From: Cellulomonas sp.
GTDB lineage: Bacteria > Actinomycetota > Actinomycetes > Actinomycetales > Cellulomonadaceae
NCBI RefSeq assembly: GCF_017744555.1
Contig: NZ_JAGIBD010000019.1
Location: forward strand, 2,404-66,403
DNA length: 64,000 nucleotides
Reading direction: 5' to 3'
Below are positions 56,550 through 64,000 of this stretch, one piece after another. The translations under genes were made by a program, and so were the position numbers. Below the pieces are notes generated by a model. It did no database searches. It was not told the origin of the DNA and worked only from the letters and a program-made list of their open reading frames with translations. The first letter of the stretch is position 1. Every line of letters begins with the position of its first letter.

Positions 56550-57691
56550 CCGGCCGCCTGCGCGGCACGCGCCAGCTCGATGTCGAGTCCTTCGCGACGC
56601 ATGCGGACGTCGATGTAGAGCAGCGCGACGACGGCGGCGAGGTACGTGGTCGCCAGGGTCAGCGCGACGACGTTCGCGATGCCGACGAGCACGATGCTCG
56701 CGAACGAGGTGCCGGCCGGATCCTGCAGGATCAGCGCGGAGAACATCGAGACCGGGAACACGATGACGTTGCTGACGAAGCCCACGATGAGGCTGACCAG
56801 CAGGTAGGTGCCGAGCAGCCGCCAGAAGCTGCCGCGGGTGAGCCGCCACGCCCGGCCGACGGACCGCCAGAAGCCCTTGCCCTCGAGCATCAGGGCCGGG
56901 GGGACCAGCAGCGTGCGGGTGCTGAACCAGAACAGCAGGACGAACAGTGCCAGCAGCCCCAGCAGCCCCACCGCGACGGCCGCGCCGACCTGGTTCTGCC
57001 GTACCAGCAGCAGGACGGCGCCGGCGACGACGGAGATGCCCAGGAGCTGGGCGACGCCCGCGAGCACGGTGAAGCCCAGCACCCACCACACGCGCGACGT
57101 GCGCAGGGCCTGGCCGATCGTGATGGTCTGGCCGAGCACGGACCGGCTCACCGACAGGATCACGAGCCCCGTGAGGACGGTCGTCGCGATCTGGGTGAAC
57201 GGCAGGCTGATGACGCTGCCGACCATCGCCCCGAACTGGTCGGCCATCCCGAGCTCGCCGGTCGGGTCGGCGTCCTCGAGGAACCGGTTCGTGGAGTCGG
57301 CCAGCAGCCCCGTGACGTACCAGCGCGTGAGCTGCTGCAGCACGACCGCGATCGTCACGACGGCGGCGGCGAGCCCGAACATGACGCGCGGGTTGGCGCG
57401 GACCGCGCGGAACGCGCCGTCGAGGATCTCGCCGAGGCCGAGCGGGCGCAGCGGGATGATGCCCGGCTGCAGGGCCGGCGGACGCCACGGACCGCCGGAC
57501 GGCGCGACGGGCGGCGGCACGGCCGGGCCCCAGCCTGTGGCGGCAGGGGGGACCGGCTGACCCCAGGAGCCGGGCGGCACCGGGGCGGCGGGCGGCACCG
57601 GGCCGGCGGGCGGCGGCGGGGCGCTGGGCGGCGCTCCCGTCGGGGACACCCACGCGGGTGGGCGGGGCGCGTCGTCGTGCGGGCTCGTCAT
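56546..57691 (-). CDS. Membrane protein with Pro-rich N-terminus (first gene of the MoxR cluster)
   Basis: QPGIIPLRPLGLGEILDGAF, RAWRLTRGSFWRLLG, LLYIDVRMRREGLDIEL. Confidence 0.8.
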   Translation of the reverse strand: MTSPHDDAPRPPAWVSPTGAPPSAPPPPAGPVPPAAPVPPGSWGQPVPPAATGWGPAVPPPVAPSGGPWRPPALQPGIIPLRPLGLGEILDGAFRAVRANPRVMFGLAAAVVTIAVVLQQLTRWYVTGLLADSTNRFLEDADPTGELGMADQFGAMVGSVISLPFTQIATTVLTGLVILSVSRSVLGQTITIGQALRTSRVWWVLGFTVLAGVAQLLGISVVAGAVLLLVRQNQVGAAVAVGLLGLLALFVLLFWFSTRTLLVPPALMLEGKGFWRSVGRAWRLTRGSFWRLLGTYLLVSLIVGFVSNVIVFPVSMFSALILQDPAGTSFASIVLVGIANVVALTLATTYLAAVVALLYIDVRMRREGLDIELARAAQAAG

Positions 57692-57934
57692 GCGAGCGCG
57701 GCTCCCTCGGCTGTCGTGGTGCGTGTCGTCGTCGCTGGTCCGGGCGCACGTCACCGGTGGTGTCACCGTGTGGGCCCGCTCTTGGCCAGGACGATGCCCA
57801 TCGTGCCACGGGCCCTCGTGCCGACGGCGCCGTCCGTGCACAGACACGCGACCGCCCCGCGCTCCGGCGGGTGATCTGTGGACGACGGGGCCGAACTGGA
57901 CGGTCCGCCAAGGTCGCGGTGCGAGAATGCGCGC

Positions 57935-58618
57935 ATGAGAGGACGCGTGCTGGTGGTCGACGACGACACCGCGCTGGCCGAGATGATCGGGATCGTGCTG
58001 CGGTCCGAGGGCTTCGACCCGGTGTTCTGCGAGGACGGGGACGAGGCGCTCGGGGCGTTCCGGGCGACGCAGCCGGACCTCGTGCTGCTCGACCTCATGC
58101 TTCCCGGCCGCGACGGCACCGAGGTCTGCCGGCAGATCCGCGCCGAGTCCGGCGTGCCCATCGTGATGCTCACGGCCAAGAGCGACACGGTCGACGTCGT
58201 GCTGGGCCTGGAGTCCGGCGCCGACGACTACATCTCCAAGCCGTTCAAGCCGAAGGAGCTCGTCGCGCGCGTCCGTGCCCGGCTGCGCCGCAGCGACGAG
58301 CCCGCGCCCGAGCACCTGTCCATCGGCGACGTGACGATCGACGTGCCCGGCCACCGGGTCGCGCGCGCCGGCCGCCCGGTCTCCCTGACCCCGCTCGAGT
58401 TCGACCTGCTGGTCGCGCTCGCCCGCAAGCCCTGGCAGGTGTTCACCCGCGAGGTGCTGCTCGAGAAGGTGTGGGGCTACCGGCACGCCGCGGACACGCG
58501 GCTCGTGAACGTCCACGTGCAGCGCCTGCGCTCCAAGATCGAGAACGACCCCGAGCAGCCCGAGATCGTCGTGACGGTGCGCGGTGTCGGCTACAAGGCG
58601 GGCGTGACCTCGACGTGA
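57935..58618 (+). CDS. mtrA: Two-component response regulator MtrA
   Basis: VLVVDDDTALAEMIGIVL, LLDLMLPG, MLTAKSDTVDVVLGLESGADDY, VWGYRHAADTRLVNVHVQRLRSK. Confidence 0.96.
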   Translation: MRGRVLVVDDDTALAEMIGIVLRSEGFDPVFCEDGDEALGAFRATQPDLVLLDLMLPGRDGTEVCRQIRAESGVPIVMLTAKSDTVDVVLGLESGADDYISKPFKPKELVARVRARLRRSDEPAPEHLSIGDVTIDVPGHRVARAGRPVSLTPLEFDLLVALARKPWQVFTREVLLEKVWGYRHAADTRLVNVHVQRLRSKIENDPEQPEIVVTVRGVGYKAGVTST

Positions 58619-58619
58619 C

Positions 58620-60374
58620 GTGGGACGGGGCCGTGCCGTGGTGCGGGTGAACAGCGCCTGGCGGCTCGTCCGGGCGCGGACCCGTCGACGGCTCCGCGAG
58701 TGGCCGCGGCTGTGGCGCTCGTCGCTGCAGGTGCGTGTCATCGCGTCGACCCTCGCGATCGGCCTCGTCGCGCTCGGCGTCGTCGGGCTGTACGTCGGCG
58801 AGCGCATGCGGGACGGGCTGTTCGACGCGCGCATCGACCAGGTGCTCCAGGAGAGCGCGCGCAGCACGCGGCAGGCGCAGGACACGTTCGACTCGTCGGA
58901 CGCGACCACGGCCACCGAGGTCCAGCAGCTGGTCAAGGACGTCGCGTACTCGCAGCGCACCGGCGGCCTCGGCGAGCGGGAGGTGTTCCTCATCCGCGCC
59001 CCGGGGCAGAAGTCGGCGGTCTCGATCTCCGCGCGCGCGTCCGACGAGGCGCTGCTGCCGCTGGTCAGCAAGGAGCTCCGCGACGCGACGGCGGACGGCG
59101 GGCAGCACTGGCAGTCCGTGGCGATCCCGCTCGACGGCGGAGGCGTCGCACCCGGGGTGCTCGTCGGCCAGGACGTCGAGGTGCACCTCGTGGGCACGTT
59201 CCAGCTGTTCTTCCTGTACAGCCTGCAGGCCGAGCAGGACCGACTCGACTTCCTGCAGCGCACGCTCGCGCTCGCCGGCGTGGCGCTCGTCATCCTGCTC
59301 GGCAGCATGACGTGGCTCGTCACGCGCCAGACCGTCTACCCGGTCCGGCGCGCCGCCGAGGTCGCGGAGCGGCTCGCGGACGGGCACCTCGCCGAGCGCA
59401 TGCCCGAGCGCGGCGAGGACGAGATGGCCACCCTCGCGCGGTCGTTCAACGAGATGGCCGCGAGCCTGCAGGACCAGATCCGGCGCATGGAGGAGCTGTC
59501 GGCGGTGCAGCGCCGGTTCGTCTCCGACGTGTCCCACGAGCTGCGCACGCCGCTCACCACCATCCGGATGGCCGGTGAGGTCATCCACGCGTCGCGTGCG
59601 GACTTCGACCCCGCCGTGAAGCGGTCGGCCGAGCTCCTGCAGACCCAGCTCGACCGGTTCGAGGACCTCCTCGCGGATCTCCTGGAGATCAGCAGGTTCG
59701 ACGCGGGCGCCGCGGTGCTCGACGCCGAGGGTCGGGACCTGCGCGACGTCGTCATGAGCGCCGTCGACCACTCGGCTCCGCTCGCCGAGCGGCGTGGTTC
59801 CTGGCTGAGCGTGCGCCTGCCGGACACGCGCTGCGTCGCCGACGTCGACCCGCGCCGGGTCGAGCGCGTGCTCCGCAACCTGCTCGTCAACGCGGTCGAG
59901 CACGCCGACGGCAGCGCCGTCGAGGTCACCGTGGCCGCGGACGACCAGGCCGTCGCCGTGACCGTCCGCGACTACGGCGTGGGCATGACGCCCGACGAGG
60001 TCTCGCACGTGTTCGACCGGTTCTGGCGCGCCGACCCCGCCCGGGCCCGCACGACCGGCGGGACGGGCCTCGGGCTCGCGATCTCGCTGGAGGACGCGCA
60101 CCTGCACGGCGGGTGGCTCGAGGCGTGGGGCCGGCCCGGGCGTGGCGCGAGCTTCCGGCTCACGCTGCCGCGTCGCGCGGGCATCCGGCTGACCGGGTCG
60201 CCGCTGCCGCTCGTCCCCGACGACCCGCCACCGCCGGACCCGGTGCGCCTGTCGGTGACCCGACCGCACACCGACCCCGCCGCGCTCCCCGACCTCGAGA
60301 GCGGGCACGAGCGCGACGACAACGACGACGCCCCCGCCGACGTGCCCACCGACCAGCCTCAGGAGGTCCGATGA
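58620..60374 (+). CDS. mtrB: Two-component sensor histidine kinase MtrB
   Basis: WRSSLQVRV, HAMP domain, FVSDVSHELRTPLTTIRMA, DRFWRADPARARTTGGTGLGL; start uncertain. Confidence 0.94.
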   Translation: MGRGRAVVRVNSAWRLVRARTRRRLREWPRLWRSSLQVRVIASTLAIGLVALGVVGLYVGERMRDGLFDARIDQVLQESARSTRQAQDTFDSSDATTATEVQQLVKDVAYSQRTGGLGEREVFLIRAPGQKSAVSISARASDEALLPLVSKELRDATADGGQHWQSVAIPLDGGGVAPGVLVGQDVEVHLVGTFQLFFLYSLQAEQDRLDFLQRTLALAGVALVILLGSMTWLVTRQTVYPVRRAAEVAERLADGHLAERMPERGEDEMATLARSFNEMAASLQDQIRRMEELSAVQRRFVSDVSHELRTPLTTIRMAGEVIHASRADFDPAVKRSAELLQTQLDRFEDLLADLLEISRFDAGAAVLDAEGRDLRDVVMSAVDHSAPLAERRGSWLSVRLPDTRCVADVDPRRVERVLRNLLVNAVEHADGSAVEVTVAADDQAVAVTVRDYGVGMTPDEVSHVFDRFWRADPARARTTGGTGLGLAISLEDAHLHGGWLEAWGRPGRGASFRLTLPRRAGIRLTGSPLPLVPDDPPPPDPVRLSVTRPHTDPAALPDLESGHERDDNDDAPADVPTDQPQEVR

Positions 60375-62044
60375 CGACCGCCCGTGGCCGCGCACGCGCC
60401 CTCCTGCTCGCCGCGCTGACGGTGCTCGCGCTCGCCGGCTGCGTCGCCGTGCCGACGTCGGGCCCGGTGCAGGAGGGGCGGTCGGAGATCGTCGAGCCGG
60501 CGGGGATCGTGTCGCTCGCGGAGGGCCCTCGCCCGGGTGCGAAGCCGGTCGAGCTCGTCGAGAGCTTCCTCATCAACGCGCCCCTGGACATGGACAACCA
60601 GTTCGCGGTCGGCCGGCTGTACCTCGCGGGCGACGCCCGCGACTCCTGGCAGCCGCTCGAGGGCGTCGTGGTCGTCGGGACGCCGGACATCACCGCGGTC
60701 GGCAACGCGACGGTGCAGGTCGACGCCCCGGTGGTCGCCCGGCTCGACGCCGACGGGCGCTACTCCGAGGCGCCCGCGGGGGCGCGTGACTCGCTGAAGT
60801 TCGAGCTCGTGCAGGACGACGAGGGCCAGTGGCGCATCTCGGACGCGCCCCAGGGCCTGATCGTGTCCGAGCTGGACTTCGAGAGCCTGTTCCGGGCCAC
60901 GTCCCTGTACTTCCTGTCGCCGGACAACCAGTACCTGGTGCCCGAGGTCCGGTGGCTGCCGGCGTGGAACCTCGCGACGTCGGCGGTGCGCGCGCTGCTC
61001 GCGGGTCCGTCGCCGTGGTTGCGCGACGCGGTCCGCACCGCGGTGCCGGAGGGCGTCCAGCTCAAGCCGCAGGCCGTCCCCGTCGACCACTCCGGGGTCG
61101 CCACGGTCGGGCTCGACGCCGCCCGCACCTCGGCGGTGCTCGACGCGGACCGGCCCCTGCTGCTCGCCCAGATCGAGGCGACGCTGGCGCAGGTCCCCGA
61201 GGTCGGCAAGGTGCAGCTGCAGGTGGGCGGCGTGCCGCTCGAGGCCGACGAGGGCTCCGCGACGCTCCAGCGGGCCGCGCCGCCGAGCGGTGACCTCGAC
61301 CTGCTCCAGGGTGACCGGCTCGTGCAGCTCAGCGGCAACGACGTGATCCCGGTGCAGGGCGTCGCACCGCTGACCGACCTGGACCCGCGCAGCCCGGCCC
61401 GCAACGACGACGGCTCGGTGCGCGTGCTCCTGTCCGGCAGCAACACGCTCGTGACGATGCCCACCGGCAGCACCCCGCCCGAGACCCTCGTGACGGGCTC
61501 GAACCTCGCCGCGCCGTCGGTGGACCGGTTCGGGTGGGCGTGGACCGGCGACGCGGCCGGCGAGCTGCTCGCCGGCAGGGCCGGTGCGCAGGCCGTGCGG
61601 ATCCCTCCGGAGTGGGCCGAGGGACGTGCCGTGACCGCGGTGCGGGTGTCGCGCGACGGTGCCCGGCTCGCGGTCGTCTCGCGGGGCTCGGACGGGGTCA
61701 CGGTCGACGTCGTGGGCGTCACCCGGGACGCGTCGGGCGTCCCGCAGTGGGTCGGTGAGCCGGTGCGCGTCGGCGTCCCGCTCGTCGACGCGTGGGCGGT
61801 CGTGTGGCTCGACGAGTCGACGCTCGGCGTGCTGGGGACCAGCGGGGGTGCGGCAGCCCTGCAGCGCGTGCCCCTCGCCGGTCCGACCAAGGCCCTGCCC
61901 GAGGTCGGTGACCTCGTCGGCGTCGCCGGCGGCAAGGTGCCGTACGTGAGCACGGCCGACGGCGGGCTCCTGCGCCTCGTCGGTCAGTCGTGGGTGCGGG
62001 TGCCCAAGGTCGAGGGCGTCGCCGACCCCGCCTACCCGGGCTGA
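60371..62044 (+). CDS. lpqB: Lipoprotein LpqB (GerMN + beta-propeller)
   Basis: LALAGC lipobox, LYFLSP...LVPEVRW, LLAGPSPWL, RVSRDGARLAVV, PAYPG end; third gene of the mtrAB operon. Confidence 0.9.
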   Translation: MTTARGRARALLLAALTVLALAGCVAVPTSGPVQEGRSEIVEPAGIVSLAEGPRPGAKPVELVESFLINAPLDMDNQFAVGRLYLAGDARDSWQPLEGVVVVGTPDITAVGNATVQVDAPVVARLDADGRYSEAPAGARDSLKFELVQDDEGQWRISDAPQGLIVSELDFESLFRATSLYFLSPDNQYLVPEVRWLPAWNLATSAVRALLAGPSPWLRDAVRTAVPEGVQLKPQAVPVDHSGVATVGLDAARTSAVLDADRPLLLAQIEATLAQVPEVGKVQLQVGGVPLEADEGSATLQRAAPPSGDLDLLQGDRLVQLSGNDVIPVQGVAPLTDLDPRSPARNDDGSVRVLLSGSNTLVTMPTGSTPPETLVTGSNLAAPSVDRFGWAWTGDAAGELLAGRAGAQAVRIPPEWAEGRAVTAVRVSRDGARLAVVSRGSDGVTVDVVGVTRDASGVPQWVGEPVRVGVPLVDAWAVVWLDESTLGVLGTSGGAAALQRVPLAGPTKALPEVGDLVGVAGGKVPYVSTADGGLLRLVGQSWVRVPKVEGVADPAYPG

Positions 62045-62136
62045 CCGACCCGCCCACAGCCGTCGCGGGGAGATCGCCGTCCACCATCCGGGCGGCGCGC
62101 GTCCGACACACGGCCGGGGCGGGTGAACCTCGACGC

Positions 62137-62868
62137 ATGGGACCCGACCTGGCCCGGGCGCTGCTCGGGCTCGTGCTGCCCGTCGCGTGCGCCGGCTGCG
62201 ACGCCGACGACGTTCCATGGTGCGACGCGTGCGCACGGCTCCTGTCCGTCGTGCCGTGGCGGTGCGAGCAGCGCGCCGGTCGGCTCGACCACCTCGACGG
62301 CCGGGCGCCGCTCCCGGTCTGGACGTCGGCCGACTGCGTCGGCCCCGTGCGGCGTGCGGTCGTGGCCTGGAAGGACCGTGGTCGGGCGGACCTCACACCG
62401 ACGTTCCGGTCGGCGCTCGCGGATGCGGCGCGCGCGACGGCCGCGACCTGGCCGCGGCGGCCCGGCGAGGTGCTGCTGGTGGTCCCGGCACCCTCCACGG
62501 CGGCGGCGCGTCGTCACCGGGGCGCGGACCTCGTCGGCGAGCTCGCCCGGGGCGTCGTCGAGGGGACGACGGGCGCGCGCCTCGCGCCCGTGCTCGCGCG
62601 CCGTCGCGGAGGGGACCAGGTCGGGCTCGGGGTCCGGGAACGGGCGCGGAACCTGCACGGGCAGGTCGTCGTCCGGGCGCGGGGCCGACGGGTGGTGGAG
62701 GGCAACCGGGTGCTGCTCGTGGACGACGTCCTGACCACGGGGGCGACCCTCGCGGCGTGCACGGCCGCGCTCCGCGACGCCGGTGCCGACGTCGTCGGGT
62801 GCCTCACGCTCGCGTCCACGCCCGTGCCCGGGGCGACGCGGCCCCGGACGCCAGTGGCACTCGGGTGA
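62137..62868 (+). CDS. ComF family phosphoribosyltransferase-like protein
   Basis: LVLPVACAGC...CDAC, VVPAPS, DQVGL, LLVDDVLTTGATL. Confidence 0.88.
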   Translation: MGPDLARALLGLVLPVACAGCDADDVPWCDACARLLSVVPWRCEQRAGRLDHLDGRAPLPVWTSADCVGPVRRAVVAWKDRGRADLTPTFRSALADAARATAATWPRRPGEVLLVVPAPSTAAARRHRGADLVGELARGVVEGTTGARLAPVLARRRGGDQVGLGVRERARNLHGQVVVRARGRRVVEGNRVLLVDDVLTTGATLAACTAALRDAGADVVGCLTLASTPVPGATRPRTPVALG

Positions 62869-62934
62869 GACGGCGCTGCGGATTGGATAATGCGCGACGC
62901 CGGGGCTTACCGTGGTGGTCAGAGCCGACGGTGT

Positions 62935-63069
62935 CGGGCCGCACCCCTGAGGGGTCGACGAGCCCGGACTGCGGAGGAGGTGGTGCCGCCTGATTGCCCC
63001 GTCGGGGCAAGCACAGTGCATGTCGCCCGGGCGGCGCTGACGCCGCCCCTGACCTCCCAGGAGGCTCAC
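62935..63069 (+). promoter_or_regulatory. Structured 5' leader of hpf (multiple hairpins, possible RBS switch)
   Basis: Hairpins ttgcccc-gtc-ggggcaa (62994-63010) and gggcggcg-ctga-cgccgccc (63029-63048); ACCTCC (63052-63057) complementary to both GGAGGT (62976-62981) and the SD (63059-63064). Confidence 0.45.
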
Positions 63070-63717
63070 ATGGAGATCGTGGTTGCAGGCCGGCACACCG
63101 AGGTGCTCCCGAAGTACCGGGCACACCTCGAGCAGAAGCTCGCGAAGGTCGAGCAGCTGGCCCCCCGCGCCCAGCGGATCGACGTCCTCGTGTCGCACGA
63201 GGCGAACCCTCGTCAGTCGGGCAGCCGTGAGCGTGTCGAGCTCACGGTCGTCGACAAGGGTCCCGTGATCCGCGCCGAGGCGTGCGCCGACGACCGTTAC
63301 GCCGCGCTCGACCTCGCGCTCGCGAAGCTGCTCGAGCGCCTGCGTCGCACGCGTGACCGGCGCAAGGACCACCGCAACCACACTCCGATGACGCCTGTGG
63401 ACGTCCGCCCGCCCGACGACCTGTCCGACGCCGTCCCCGACGCCCCGACCGTGGGCCCGGACGGCGCGGTCGAGACGACGTTGGGCGACTCGCCGGTCGT
63501 CATCCGCGAGAAGGTCCACGAGGCCTCGCCGATGACGGTGGACGACGCGCTCTACGAGATGGAGCTCGTCGGTCACGACTTCTACCTGTTCGTCGACGCG
63601 GAGACCGCCCAGCCGGCGGTCGCGTACCGGCGCCGCGGCTGGAGCTACGGCGTGATCAAGCTCGACATGCCCGTGACGGGCGCACCCGTCGCCCAGGGGG
63701 CGGCCGTCGCAGGCTGA
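63070..63717 (+). CDS. hpf: Ribosome hibernation promoting factor (long HPF / RaiA)
   Basis: MEIVVAGRH, ERVELTV..KGPVIRAEA...DRYAALDLA, PMTVDDALYEMELVGHDFYLF, YRRRGWSYGVI. Confidence 0.93.
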   Translation: MEIVVAGRHTEVLPKYRAHLEQKLAKVEQLAPRAQRIDVLVSHEANPRQSGSRERVELTVVDKGPVIRAEACADDRYAALDLALAKLLERLRRTRDRRKDHRNHTPMTPVDVRPPDDLSDAVPDAPTVGPDGAVETTLGDSPVVIREKVHEASPMTVDDALYEMELVGHDFYLFVDAETAQPAVAYRRRGWSYGVIKLDMPVTGAPVAQGAAVAG

Positions 63718-63725
63718 CCACCGCG

Positions 63726-63768
63726 CACGGCGACGCCCGGTCCCCTCGCGGGGCCGGGCGTCGCCGTG
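63726..63768 (+). terminator. GC-rich stem-loop after hpf
   Basis: cacggcgacgcccggtccc...gggccgggcgtcgccgtg inverted repeat immediately downstream of the stop. Confidence 0.65.
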
Positions 63769-63794
63769 TCGGTGCTGCGCGGCAGGATGTCGTC

Positions 63795-64000
63795 ATGGCC
63801 CGTCCCGAGCAGCTCTCCCTGTCGCAGGCACGCCGGCTCGCGCTGCGGGCCCAGGGGCTCGACCGCCGTCGCCGGGAGCCGCGCGGCCCGGTCGACGCGC
63901 GCGGTCTCCAGCAGGTCGTCGACCGGCTGGGGCTGCTGCAGATCGACTCCGTCAACGTGCTTGCCCGCGCGCACCTGGTGCCCGCCTTCAGCCGCGTCGG
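63795..64000 (+). CDS. HTH_42 DNA glycosylase, YcaQ-like (QxD); N-terminal part only
   Basis: Manual translation: MARPEQLSLSQARRLALRAQGL...RLGLLQIDSVNVLARAHLVPAFSRVG; runs off window. Confidence 0.82.
   Translation, partial: MARPEQLSLSQARRLALRAQGLDRRRREPRGPVDARGLQQVVDRLGLLQIDSVNVLARAHLVPAFSRV

Overview
High-GC actinobacterial chromosome segment; gene content and order suggest Micrococcales, possibly Cellulomonas-like (inference). Bases 1-35.6 kb are a large cell-wall glycopolymer locus. It carries dispersed rmlABCD genes, many GT2/GT4 glycosyltransferases, a Wzm/Wzt exporter with a C-terminal carbohydrate-binding domain, a methyltransferase-coiled-coil protein, a polyprenol-P-sugar synthase/DUF2304/flippase/GT-C decoration module, a WbiB-like epimerase, an AT3 O-acyltransferase, and a gmd + fcl-like + colD cassette. 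Two secreted cell-wall proteins inside the locus share the same four-copy ~100-aa repeat. Bases 35.7-64 kb are the conserved actinobacterial whiB...manB...ahcY...mtrA-mtrB-lpqB-comF-hpf region, with a MoxR/DUF58 cluster and two HTH_42 glycosylases. The most notable observation is that the Fcl/ColC-like reductase lacks the catalytic epimerase Cys (GTAA in place of GSSC); together with ColD this predicts a GDP-linked route to a D-configured 3,6-dideoxyhexose (tyvelose) rather than L-colitose. No rRNA, tRNA, CRISPR array or mobile element was recognised. All family calls are by motif recognition, not database search.
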